A stretch of DNA of 64,000 nt from Malacoraja senta (GCA_038087875.1 CM075989.1:3224001-3288000), one strand, 5' to 3'; positions 1-11,768 are shown, numbered from the stretch's first letter. Notes: generated by a model from the letters alone, not told the origin. Numbers and translations: made by a program.

Positions 1-2491
1 GGGAGGAGACCGGAGCACCTGGAGAAAACCCCACGCAGTCACAGGGAGAACGCACCAACGTTGTACAGACAGCACCCAAAGTCAGGAATGAACCTGGGTC
101 TATGGCACAGTAAGGCAGCAACTCTACCACTGCGCCACTGTGCTGCCCTTGAGTGGGAAGAATGAGGGGTGATTCTCCTGAAATATATATCAGGGTGGAT
201 GTTGATTCACTGGTGGTAGAGTCTTGAACATAAGGATATGAATTCAAGATAAGGGACTGGCCATTTAAAGCTGCGGTACATAGAAATATCTTTCTCGAGG
301 AGGGGGTGAATACGTGGAATCTTCTGCCCCAGACAGTTATGGATTCCAGCCTGTTAGAAATAGTTAACGTGAAGGTTTGTCTTCACTTCTTTAGAGAGAT
401 CGGGCGTTGAGTTGCTATGGGAATCTGACACAGAGGAGGAGTTGTAGCTGTGATGAATCAGCCATGATCGCCCTGAATGATGTTTTAATTTTTTAGTTTT
501 AGAGATACAGCGCGGAAACGGGCCATTCAGCCCATCGGGGTCTGCAATGACCAGCAATCCCTGCACATTAACACTATCCTACAGACGCTAGGGGCAATTT
601 ACATTTATCCCAAGCCAATTAACCTACAAGCCTACAAACCTGTACGTCTTTGGAGCATGGGAGGAAACCGGAGATCTTGGCGAAAACCCAGGTGGTCACG
701 GGGAGAACGTACAAACTCCGCACAGACAGCACCCGTAGTCAGGATGGAACCCGTGTCTCTGGTGCTGTGAGGCTGCAACTCTACCGCTGCGCCACCGTGC
801 CGCCCCAGTGGGGCAGGCTGGTTGATTCCTGCTCCCGTTTCCTTGCCTGCTTGTCAGAAATTTAGAAACAGATAATTAAAAGAAATAAAATGATTAATAA
901 AGTAAACTGATATTTTAACAAGTTAATTAAATACTCAAACGTGCCAAACAATTAATGAGGAATCTACATTAAATTAACGCAAAATATAATCAAACACTTA
1001 CCTTCTTCCACAGAGCCAGCAAAGCCACACAACCAGTCGACACAGGAACTGCAGATGCTGGTTTAAAAAAAAAAGACAGACAAAAATAGTGCTGGGGTAT
1101 CTCAGCAGGTTAGCCAGCATCTCTGGAGAAAAGGAATAGGTGATGTTTCGGGTCGAGACATTCACTGGAGAACATGGATAGGTGACGTTTCGGTTGGGAC
1201 CCTTCGCCAGATGATGCAAGTAAATAGTGTTGCTCTTTGTATGCCTGCTTTCCTGTCCTGAAGTGAGTGAGGGGACTGAGACTCCAGCATGTCTATGCTC
1301 CACTTCTTCTTCTCGAGTCCACATCAAGATTAGAAGTTGTCCAGCCAGAGCTGAACACACTTCTTGGCATCTGCATACAATGGTGTCTGTCTTGTCGCTT
1401 TTTGTGTGTGCTGGTGGAATCAGGGCCGCGACGTGAATGCTCTTTCCTTGACCCCTATGCTCCACTGCCAGGCTCAGTGGAGAGATGAGGGGCAGAGTTA
1501 GTCCCATAGCTACTGAGAGCCAAGAATGGAACACGCTATCAAAACATGGAGGGGACGGGGGACACAATTTTTTGTCGGCCGCGCGTGCATGCGCACACTC
1601 ACACACACACGCGAGGCTTCGGAGGCTCAATCCAGCGCTAAATGCAGCTCAACGCTGCCTGTCTCACCGGGTTAACTACAGCCCTGCCTGGACTGACGGG
1701 ACACCAGCAGTGCTTCTCCGCGCTGGCCATATTTCCCGCGTCCAGGAAGGCTATAGGCTCACCCGGTGGGACAGGCAGAGTTAGCTGGGTTTAGCGCTGT
1801 TTCTCTGCGCTGGATGTGGGCCTGGGGGGCACCGCGCCCGTCTGACTCCCGACCAAAGATCCTATAGCGGAGGATCTTTGCTGCTGACCTCTCCGGCCAC
1901 CCGTGGAAGGGGGGGGGCACTCGGGTAGGGACAGGACAGCGCCAGAGACCCGGCCGGGATCGATCCTGCCTGCGGATGAAGCGCAGGTCTATGCCACGTC
2001 TCCCTCCTCCAATCACCGCACTCTATCCTCAGGCCCACCCCCCCACTCCTCCCTCCTCCAATCATCGCGCTGAATCATCATGTCCCGCCCCTATTGCCTG
2101 CTGACTGACGTCTCTCTCGTCCAATCGGCTCCCTCGATCTTCAGTCCCACCCCCACTGCCTTGCGCAAAGCGGAGATTTCACCGGGTTTTAAAATACGGA
2201 TCACAAAAACTTGGGGGGACGTGTCCCCTCTGCCCCCCCCCCCCCCGGGTTTTCCGCCCCTGCTGAGAGCAGTGGTCAGCTCCATACAGGCCAGCATTTA
2301 GTTTTTAGTTTTAGTTTTAGAGATACAGCACGGAAACAGGCCCTTCGGCCCACCGGGTCCGCACCAACCAGCGATCCCTGCACACTAATACTGTCCTACA
2401 CATACTGGGGACAATTTACACTTATACCAAGCCAATTAACCTACATACCTGGACGTCATTAGAGTGTGGGAGGAAACCGAAGATCTCTGAG
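1..2491 (-). repeat. Inverted near-identical copy of 7196-9690
   Basis: Reverse complement of 1-2491 matches 7196-9690; the differences spotted are mostly homopolymer-length indels; the partner starts right at the N gap. Confidence 0.95.
1521..2262 (-). mobile_element. Non-autonomous hAT-like DNA transposon (duplicate of 7426-8168)
   Basis: 8-bp TSD CTGAGAGC at 1513-1520 and 2263-2270; CAGGGGCGG terminus on the minus strand. Confidence 0.75.
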
Positions 2492-2610
2492 AAATCCACG
2501 CAGGTCACGGGGAGAACGTACAAATCTGTACAGACAGCGCTCATAGTTGGGATCGAACCCGGGTCTCCGGCGCTGCAAGCGCTGTAAGGCAGCGACTCCA
2601 CCGCTGCGCC
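2298..2610 (-). mobile_element. HE1-like V-SINE
   Basis: tRNA-like head, V-domain, CR1-like tail and (TAAAAC)n on the minus strand. Confidence 0.85.
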
Positions 2611-3589
2611 GTTTCTCCGTGATTGACCCAGCAAAAACATAGAACGCTGTACTGTGGCACAGCGGTAGAGTTGCTGCCCTTACAGGGCCAAAGACCCTGG
2701 TTCGATCCTGACTAGGGGTACTTGTCTGTACGGAGGTTTGTACGTTCTCCCTGTGACCCCATGGGTTTTCTCCGGGTGCCACGGCGCTCTCCTACATCCC
2801 AAAGACGTGCAGGTTTATCCGTTAATTGGCTTCTGTAAATTATAAATTGTCCCCAGTGTGTAAGGTAGAACTTTAGTACTGGTGATCATAGGTTGTTGGA
2901 CTCGATGGGCCAAAGGGCCTGTTTCCATGCTATATCGCTAAACTAACCAAACAAAAAAAAACATAGAACATAACAGTACAGCACAGGAAGGGGCCCTTTG
3001 GGCCACAATGTCTGTGCCTAACATGTTGCCAAGTTAAACTGATCTCATCTGCCTGCATATGATCAGTTCTTGATATCTTACTCGAGGAGGGTGGTGAATA
3101 TGTGGCAACTTCTGCCCCAGAGAGTTATGGATTCCAGCCTGTTAGAAATAGTTAACGTGAAGGTTTGTCTTCACTTCTCTAGAGAGATCGGGCGTTGAGT
3201 TGCTATGGGGATCTGACACAGAGGAGGAGTTGTAGCTGTGATGAATCAGCCATGATCGCACTGAATGATGTTTTAGTTTTTTGTTGTTTTAGAGATACAC
3301 CGACCAGTGACCCCCGCACACTAACACTATCCTACACACACTAGAGACAATTTACATTTATACCAAGCCAATTAACCTACCAACCTGTACCTCTTTGGAG
3401 TGTGGGAGGAAACCAGAGCATGCAGAGGAAACTCAAACGTCACGGGGAGAACATACAAACTCCGTACAGACAGCACCAGTAGTCAGGATCAAACCTGGGT
3501 CTCTGGCGCTGTAAGGCAGCAACTCTACCGCTGCGCCACTGTGCCACCTATTTAGTTTGGTTTAGTTTATTGAAAAGGTACAGGAGAAG

Positions 3590-3900
3590 CGTTTTTGTCT
3601 TTACTATCCAGGCAGTGGAAAGGCTACGTATGGTTTCAATAAAGTCATCACAGTGTACAGATATAGGATAAAGGGAATAATGTTTAGTGCAAGATAAAAT
3701 CCAGTAAAGTCGGATTAATGATAGTCCGAGGGTTTCCAATGAAGCAGATGGGAGGTCAGGACTGCTCTCTGGTTGTTGGTGATAGGATGGTTCAGTTGCC
3801 TGATAACAGCTGGGAAGAAATCTGGAGGTGTGCGTTTTCACACTTTTGTACCTCTTGCCTGGTGGGAGAGGGGAGAAGTGGGAGTGACCAGGGTGAGACT
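3590..3900 (-). mobile_element. 3' fragment of a Rex1-type LINE or derivative
   Basis: Minus strand reads HPGHS.FSPLPPGKRYKSV, same 3' region as 27400-27915. Confidence 0.6.
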
Positions 3901-3924
3901 CAACCTTGTATTCCCCCACCCAAT

Positions 3925-4250
3925 GCATCTCCCACCCATTCCTCCCCCACCCCCCACACTTCCACAACTTCACCAACCCCATCTCCCCGAACCCCAACCC
4001 CATCCCCACACAAACCCACCCCTCACCTCCCATCATCTGTCTCCCATCCATTCCAGCTTCCAAAACTCCCCCACACCCCCAACCCCACCCCTCCCTGAAA
4101 CCACTCCCCCAATCTCCAAAGTCTCCCCCACCCCACAATCCCCTCCCCACCCCCCCAACCCTCCCCCCACCCCCAAACTCCTCCCCCACTCCCTAAACAC
4201 TCCTCCAATCCCCCACCCACTCCATCGCCCCATATCCCACCCCCTATTCC
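3925..4250. repeat. C/A-rich low-complexity tract
   Basis: Degenerate CCCCA/CTCCC repeats. Confidence 0.85.
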
Positions 4251-5440
4251 CCAGTCCTAGTCTGAGGAAGGGTCCCGACCAGAAACGTCACCTATCCAAG
4301 TTCTCCAGTGAGGCTGCCCTGACCCGCTGAGTTACTCCAGTGTTGTTAGTTTTTGCCTGCCTTTCTTACATCTGATGATGAGGTTAAATTATGATGATGA
4401 TCTTTGCAGCAACGTGGCTCGAGAATCTCGGCAGGGGCCACTCTCCGATTCCCTCCACGGGTGAAGGGAGAAGCTTGTAATGTCTCCTCACGGTGGAGAG
4501 AGAGACCTTTGGAAAAGCAATCCTCGACTTTCGTTTCCAGGCATTTCACAAACACAGTGCCCTCATCATCTTTACAAGCCAGGAAATACTTTTAGAAGTG
4601 AAATCAATGTTGTCGTGTTGGTAAATTCCAAGCACATTAATGCAATAATGATATTCTAGCGATGTTGATTAAGCGATAAATATTTTTGCAGGGCATTTTA
4701 TATACTGGAAGGGCTTTTATCATTTGAACCTGTCTTTTCCAATGTGAAGGAAAGAACTGCAGATGCTGGTTTAAATCGAAGATAGACACAAAATGCTGGA
4801 GTAACTCAGTGGGGCAGGCAGCATCTCTGGAGAGAAGGAATGGGTGATGTTTCGGGTCGAGACCCTTCTTCAGGCTGAGAGTCAGGGGAGAGGGAAACGA
4901 GAGGTTGGAAAATGTAAACTAAAACCAAATGTATGAAAAGAACGAATCAAAGCCAGCAACGATGATCAAGGAAAGCTGGAGCCCACAATGATCCATTGTT
5001 GACTTTGGAGGAGGCGATAACGAGGTGATTTGAACAGTAAATCTTGAATAAAACAAGTAAGCCTTGAGTCTGATTGATTGATTGATTGAAAGATACAAAA
5101 TGGATACTGGCCCTTCAGCCCATCGAGTCGACACATCCATCAATCACCTGGCCACACTAGTTCTGTGTTATTCCACTTTTGAATCTACCCCTGTATACTT
5201 GGGGTAATTTACAGGACCAATTAACCTACAAACCCGCACGTCTTTGCAGTGTGGGAGTAAATCAGTGCACCCAGAGAAAACCAACGCGATCACTGAGGGG
5301 TCGTGCAAACTCCACACACACAGCACTCCGAGGTCAGGATCAAAACCACTGCTCTCAGGCGCTGTGAGGCAGCAGTTCTACCAGCTGCTCCACTGTGGTT
5401 ACATTTCAGAGGAATTGGGTGGAAAATAAAGTGGGATTAA

Positions 5441-5730
5441 GGGGCAGCACGGTGGTGCAGCGGTAGAGTTGCTGCCTCACAGTGCCAGAGACCCAGGTTT
5501 GATCCTGACTACAGGTGCTGTCTGTACGGAGTTTCTACGTTCTCCCCGTGACCTGCGTGAGTTTTCTCAGGGAGCTCCGGGTTCCTCCCACACTCCAAAG
5601 ACGTACAGGTTTGTAGGCTAATTGGCTTCGGTAAGAATTGGATATTGTCTCTAATGTGTGCGATAATGCTAGTATATGGGGATCACTGGTCGGCAAGGAC
5701 TCGGTGGGCCGAAGGGCCTGTTTCTCTATA
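5441..5730 (+). mobile_element. HE1-like V-SINE
   Basis: GGCAGCACGGTGGTGCAGCGGTAGAG head, GGTTTGATCC B-box-like motif, V-domain, GGGCCGAAGGGCCTGTTTC tail. Confidence 0.9.
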
Positions 5731-5814
5731 TTTATGTGTAGTAGTATCTTATGTTATGGGATACAGCTTTTCACTCTAACATTGGCACAGGTGACAATAA
5801 TAAACCTAAACTTA

Positions 5815-6370
5815 GACACGCTCAGTCCGCTTGGGCCTACACAATCTCCCGGTTGCCAACCACTTTAACTCCCCTCCCATTCCCACACTGACCTTTCTCT
5901 CCTGGGCCTCCTCCACAGTCAGAGTGAGGCCACATGCAAATTGGAGGAACAGCACCTCATATTTTGCTTGGGCAGCTTACAACCCAGCGGCATGAATTTT
6001 GATTTCTCTAACTTCAAGTAACCCTTTGCTTACCCTCTCTCTCCGTCCCTCCCCTGCCCTAATTCTCCGTCTAGTTTCACTGCCCTCCTGATTAATTTCA
6101 CCGACTGTATGCCTCCCCTTCCCCTCAGCCATTCAACATCTCCTTGATCATCATCTGCTTTGATCTGTCCTTTTCACACCTTAATCCCACTTTGTGTCTT
6201 TCCATATCTCTAGTTTCCCTCTCCCCTAACTCTCGGTCTGAAGAAGGGTCTCGACCTGAAAATGTCACCCGTTCCTCCTCTCCAGAGATGCTGCCTGCCC
6301 CGCTGAGGTACTCCAGCATTTTGTGTCTATCTTCGGTTTAAACCAGCATCTGCAGTTCCTTCCTTCACAT
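5815..6370 (+). mobile_element. Penelope-like element 3' fragment (endonuclease end plus pLTR)
   Basis: KLEEQHLIFCLGSLQPSGMN coding remnant followed by CTGAAGAAGGGTCTCGACC pLTR. Confidence 0.85.
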
Positions 6371-6995
6371 ATATTCAAGCGTTATTATGGAAGACTCTAA
6401 GATGTCTCTTTCTAGCTCTTGACGATTCCTTATGTTTTTTTAATCCCGTGAATCCTCAGAGGTTGAAAGATTAAAATAATACAGATCACAGATCCTTGAA
6501 ATGTGAGGTTTAAATTAGATTTCCCTTAAAATCCTAATTTTATGCCCGAATGATTTTTGGATAATATAATTTTATGTGCTTTGAATCCCTGTCAGATATT
6601 AATGAGCTGAAGCTGGTTCCATGGGATTAAACACTGAGGCTTTGAAACGTTGATGGAACAGAAATTGTTGAGTAAATTATTCTGGAGCATAACAGTTCTG
6701 AAATTTAAGCTGTTAACAATTTAAAAAGGTACTTTCTCTGTTTGCCGCTCAATACTACAGCTCCATGCAATGCTGGATAGTGTTCTGTGGGTCTATAAAA
6801 TGGCTGTTGCAGTGAATATCTCTGGGAGACTCATGGCCCTGTCCCACGGTACGAGTTCATTCCAAGAGCTCTCCTGAGCCCTGATTCGAACTCGGAGATT
6901 TACGGTAATGGCCGCTCGTCAGTACTCGGGGCTCTCGTGGACATTTTTCAACATGTTGAAAAATCTTCACGAGTCTTTCCCGAGCTTACCTGCTG

Positions 6996-7195
6996 NNNNN
7001 NNNNNNNNNNNNNNNNNNNNNNNNNNNNNNNNNNNNNNNNNNNNNNNNNNNNNNNNNNNNNNNNNNNNNNNNNNNNNNNNNNNNNNNNNNNNNNNNNNNN
7101 NNNNNNNNNNNNNNNNNNNNNNNNNNNNNNNNNNNNNNNNNNNNNNNNNNNNNNNNNNNNNNNNNNNNNNNNNNNNNNNNNNNNNNNNNNNNNNN
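6996..7195. other. Assembly gap (200 N)
   Basis: Run of N. Confidence 1.
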
Positions 7196-7425
7196 CTCAG
7201 AGATCTTCGGTTTCCTCCCACACTCTAATGACGTCCAGGTATGTAGGTTAATTGGCTTGGTATAAGTGTAAATTGTCCCCAGTATGTGTAGGACAGTATT
7301 AGTGTGCAGGGATCGCTGGTTGGTGCGGACCCGGTGGGCCGAAGGGCCTGTTTCCGTGCTGTATCTCTAAAACTAAAACTAAAAACTAAATGCTGGCCTG
7401 TATGGAGCTGACCCACTGCTCTCAG

Positions 7426-8168
7426 CAGGGGCGGAAAACCCGGGGGGGGGGGGGGCAGAGGGGACACGTCCCCCCAAGTTTTTGTGATCCGTATTTTAAA
7501 ACCCGGTGAAATCTCCGCTTTGCGCAAGGCAGTGGGGGTGGGACTGAAGATCGAGGGAGCCGATTGGACGAGAGAGACGTCAGTCAGCAGGCAATAGGGG
7601 CGGGACATGATGATTCAGCGCGATGATTGGAGGAGGGAGGAGTGGGGGGGGTGGGCCTGAGGATAGAGTGCGGTGATTGGAGGAGGGAGACGTGGCATAG
7701 ACCTGCGCTTCATCCGCAGGCAGGATCGATCCCGGCCGGGTCTCTGGCGCTGTCCTGTCCCTACCCGAGTGCCCCCCCCCTTCCACGGGTGGCCGGAGAG
7801 GTCAGCAGCAAAGATCCTCCGCTATAGGATCTTTGGTCGGGAGTCAGACGGGCGCGGTGCCCCCCAGGCCCACATCCAGCGCAGAGAAACAGCGCTAAAC
7901 CCAGCTAACTCTGCCTGTCCCACCGGGTGAGCCTATAGCCTTCCTGGACGCGGGAAATATGGCCAGCGCGGAGAAGCACTGCTGGTGTCCCGTCAGTCCA
8001 GGCAGGGCTGTAGTTAACCCGGTGAGACAGGCAGCGTTGAGCTGCATTTAGCGCTGGATTGAGCCTCCGAAGCCTCGCGTGTGTGTGTGAGTGTGCGCAT
8101 GCACGCGCGGCCGACAAAAAATTGTGTCCCCCGTCCCCTCCATGTTTTGATAGCGTGTTCCATTCTTG
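7426..8168 (+). mobile_element. Non-autonomous hAT-like DNA transposon with GC-rich interior
   Basis: Perfect 8-bp TSD GCTCTCAG (7418-7425, 8169-8176); CAGGGGCGGAAAAC left end and decayed right end GTGTTCCATTCTTG. Confidence 0.75.
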
Positions 8169-8233
8169 GCTCTCAGTAGCTATGGGACTAACTCTGCCCC
8201 TCATCTCTCCACTGAGCCTGGCAGTGGAGCATA

Positions 8234-8363
8234 GGGGTCAAGGAAAGAGCATTCACGTCGCGGCCCTGATTCCACCAGCACACACAAAAAGCGACAAGAC
8301 AGACACCATTGTATGCAGATGCCAAGAAGTGTGTTCAGCTCTGGCTGGACAACTTCTAATCTT
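8234..8363 (+). ncRNA. Decayed HDV-like ribozyme motif (also at 1326-1455 on the minus strand)
   Basis: P1 GGGGUC/GGCCCU, P3 GCA/CGC, L3 UUCACGU, P4 UCCA-CCAG-CACAC/GUGUG-CUGG-UGGA, J4/2 CUAA, short P2 AAGA/UCUU. Confidence 0.5.
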
Positions 8364-8885
8364 GATGTGGACTCGAGAAGAAGAAGTGGAGCATAGACAT
8401 GCTGGAGTCTCAGTCCCCCTCACTCACTTCAGGACAGGAAAGCAGGCATACAAAGAGCAACACTATTTACTTGCATCATCTGGCGAAGGGTCCCAAACCG
8501 AAACGTCACCTATCCATGTTCTCCAGTGAATGTCTCGACCCGAAACATCACCTATTCCTTTTCTCCAGAGATGCTGGCTAACCTGCTGAGATACCCCAGC
8601 ACTATTTTTGTCTGTCTTTTTTTTTTAAACCAGCATCTGCAGTTCCTTGTGTCGACTGGTTGTGTGGCTTTGCTGGCTCTGTGGAAGAAGGTAAGTGTTT
8701 GATTATATTTTGCGTTAATTTAATGTAGATTCCTCATTAATTGTTTGGCACGTTTGAGTATTTAATTAACTTGTTAAAATATCAGTTTACTTTATTAATC
8801 ATTTTATTTCTTTTAATTATCTGTTTCTAAATTTCTGACAAGCAGGCAAGGAAACGGGAGCAGGAATCAACCAGCCTGCCCCACT

Positions 8886-9208
8886 GGGGCGGCACGGTGG
8901 CGCAGCGGTAGAGTTGCAGCCTCACAGCACCAGAGACACGGGTTCCATCCTGACTACGGGTGCTGTCTGTGCGGAGTTTGTACGTTCTCCCCGTGACCAC
9001 CTGGGTTTTCGCCAAGATCTCCGGTTTCCTCCCATGCTCCAAAGACGTACAGGTTTGTAGGCTTGTAGGTTAATTGGCTTGGGATAAATGTAAATTGCCC
9101 CTAGCGTCTGTAGGATAGTGTTAATGTGCAGGGATTGCTGGTCATTGCAGACCCGATGGGCTGAATGGCCCGTTTCCGCGCTGTATCTCTAAAACTAAAA
9201 AATTAAAA
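8886..9208 (+). mobile_element. HE1-like V-SINE
   Basis: tRNA-like head, V-domain, CR1-like tail. Confidence 0.9.
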
Positions 9209-9543
9209 CATCATTCAGGGCGATCATGGCTGATTCATCACAGCTACAACTCCTCCTCTGTGTCAGATTCCCATAGCAACTCAACGCCCGATCTCTCTAA
9301 AGAAGTGAAGACAAACCTTCACGTTAACTATTTCTAACAGGCTGGAATCCATAACTGTCTGGGGCAGAAGATTCCACGTATTCACCCCCTCCTCGAGAAA
9401 GATATTTCTATGTACCGCAGCTTTAAATGGCCAGTCCCTTATCTTGAATTCATATCCTTATGTTCAAGACTCTACCACCAGTGAATCAACATCCACCCTG
9501 ATATATATTTCAGGAGAATCACCCCTCATTCTTCCCAACTCAA

Positions 9544-9838
9544 GGGCAGCACAGTGGCGCAGTGGTAGAGTTGCTGCCTTACTGTGCCATAGACCCAGGT
9601 TCATTCCTGACTTTGGGTGCTGTCTGTACAACGTTGGTGCGTTCTCCCTGTGACTGCGTGGGTTTTCTCCAGGTGCTCCGGTCTCCTCCCACACTCCAAA
9701 GACGTACAGGTTTGTAGGTTAATTGGCTTCGGTAAAATTGTCCCTGGTGTATAGGATAGTGTTAGTGTACGGGGTGATTACTGGTCGGCGTGGACTCGGT
9801 GGGCAGAAGGGCCTGTTTCTGCGCTGTATCTCTAAATA
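9544..9838 (+). mobile_element. HE1-like V-SINE
   Basis: Same head, body and tail as the other copies. Confidence 0.9.
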
Positions 9839-10199
9839 AACGGAAGTAAAGCTCAACCTATACAGACTTATCCTGTCAAGTCTCTGTTGGTAGGGAGACT
9901 TTGTATTTAGAGATACACGGTGGAAAAAGACCCTTCCGCCCACTGAGTCCACATTAACCATCAATAACCTGTTTACACCAGTTCTTTATTTTCCCACCTT
10001 CTCATCCACTCCCTGCACACTAGGAGGACTTTACAAAGGCCAATGGCCCTACAAACCCACACATCTTTTCGATGTGGGACGAAATTGGAGTACCGGAGAA
10101 TGTGCAAACTCCACACAGTCAGCACCCGGGGTCAGGATCGAACCCGGGTCTCTGGCCCGATGGGGGCAGCAGCTCTACCAGCTGTGCCACCGTACCTTC

Positions 10200-11340
10200 C
10201 TCAAAGGTATGGGAAATTTGCAACATTGGAGAAGACCAAGAATAGCTGGCATAAAATGGAATGCTGAGAAGTTGATCATCAAAGTTTCGCAATGTCAGTT
10301 CTTTTGGTAGATGGAGTGAGGGCAAGGTGAGGATTATCAGTGAGATGAAGGCACCAACCGACAAGAAGGAACTACAAAGGTTTCTGGGACTAATACGCTA
10401 CATTTGGGTCCTTCATCCCCAAACTCACCAACTACACAGCCAACAATGGACCATTGTGGGCTCCACCTTTCCTTGATCATGCTGGTCTTGATTTGTTATT
10501 TTCCATACCTTTCATTCTTTTGTTCTTTGTACCTTTATATTGCTCTAGTTTCCCTCTCCCCTGACTCTCAGTCTGAAGAAGGGTCTCGACCCGAAATGTC
10601 ACCTATTCCTTTTCTGCAGAGATGCTGCCTGGCCCGCTGAGTGACTCCAGCTTTTTGTGTCTATCATTGATGAAAGAGGATGTTGATTTCCAATGGTCTA
10701 CCTCCCATGGACAAGATTTCAACAGGGGCAAACAATCGACAATAGGTGCAGGAGTAGGCCATTCGGCCCTTCGAGCCAGCACCGCCATTTAATATGATCA
10801 CAGCTGATCATCCCCAATCAGTACCCCGTTCCTGCCTTCTCCCCATATCCCCTGACTCTGCTATCTTTAAGAGCCCTATCTAGCTCTCTCTTGAAAGCAT
10901 CCAGAGAACCGGCCTCCACCGCCCTCTGAGGCAGAGAATTCCACAGACAAATGATCACAAGAGAGATAACTCCTCACTACTATGATCGAAGAAAGCCTGT
11001 CACTCTACAAGTAGACTCACCTCAGAAGGGTACACAAAAATGCTGGAGAAACTCAGCGGGTGCAGCAGCATCTATGGAGCAAAGGAAATAGGCAACGTTT
11101 CGGCCCGAAACCCTTCCGGGTTTCGTCCCGAAACGTTGCCTATTTCCTTCAGGGTTTCATCCCGAAACGTTGCCTATTTCCTTCGCTCCATAGATGCTGC
11201 TGCACCCGCTGAGTTTCTCCAGCATTTTTGTGTACCTTCGATTTTCCAGCATCTGCAGTTCCTTCTTTAACACACTCACCTCAGAAGGGAATAGGTGCTA
11301 CCCAGTTTTAAGATGGTAGACCAATTGCATTCTCTTCACC
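10200..11340 (+). pseudogene. Fragmented Ty3/Gypsy pol remnant (RT end to RNase H start)
   Basis: Manually translated pieces: AGIKWNAEKLIIK, EMKAPTDKKELQRFLGLI, MKEDVDFQWS, YYDRRKPVTLQVDSPQKGIGA, DGRPIAFSS, separated by later insertions. Confidence 0.8.
11031..11273 (+). mobile_element. Fold-back mini-element made of PLE terminal repeats
   Basis: Inverted pLTR arms; 16-bp flanking duplication ACTCACCTCAGAAGGG (11015-11030, 11274-11289). Confidence 0.85.
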
Positions 11341-11768
11341 AGCGGCAACAAGATACACCAACATACCTATAAAGAAGGAAATCCGATTGAGTTTTATACA
11401 TTTTTGAAGCAATTTGCTTGTAGATTTGTGTCCATTTTTGGTACAACATCCCTCTGTGAACAAACATTTTCAAGAATGAAGTTTGTCAAGTCTAAATATC
11501 GAGCAGATTTATCCGATGAGCATTTGAAGTACATCCTCATAATTGGCTCCTCATATTTGGATCCTCAATTCAATGAAATTTTGAAATCATAAAAGCAGTT
11601 CCATCCTTCCCATTAATGTAGTTGCATAAAACTTTATGATGTGGTTTGTTAACCTTGATTGATGGCTACAAGTTTAGTTTTGAATTTCTTCCATTTGTTT
11701 CACTTAAGTTCTTTTTTGAGTTCATTAAATTTATAATAAATTTATTGAACCGCTAGCAGAAAAAATTA

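Noticed and set aside
3548..4330. Long Pro-rich and Gly-rich ORFs
   Set aside because: Produced by a C-rich low-complexity tract plus TE fragments.
5441..5515. tRNA-like sequences with A and B boxes
   Set aside because: They are heads of HE1-like SINEs that continue into the V-domain; not tRNA genes.
6908..7251. ORFs spanning the N gap (also 43836-44301)
   Set aside because: Artefacts of translating N.
8059..8529. 156-aa ORF (210 aa in the inverted copy)
   Set aside because: It crosses hAT, old-repeat and PLE boundaries, and the two copies differ in frame.
8650..8696. Strong splice donor AAG|GTAAGT
   Set aside because: No acceptor or recognisable peptide; the upstream sequence is a PLE end.
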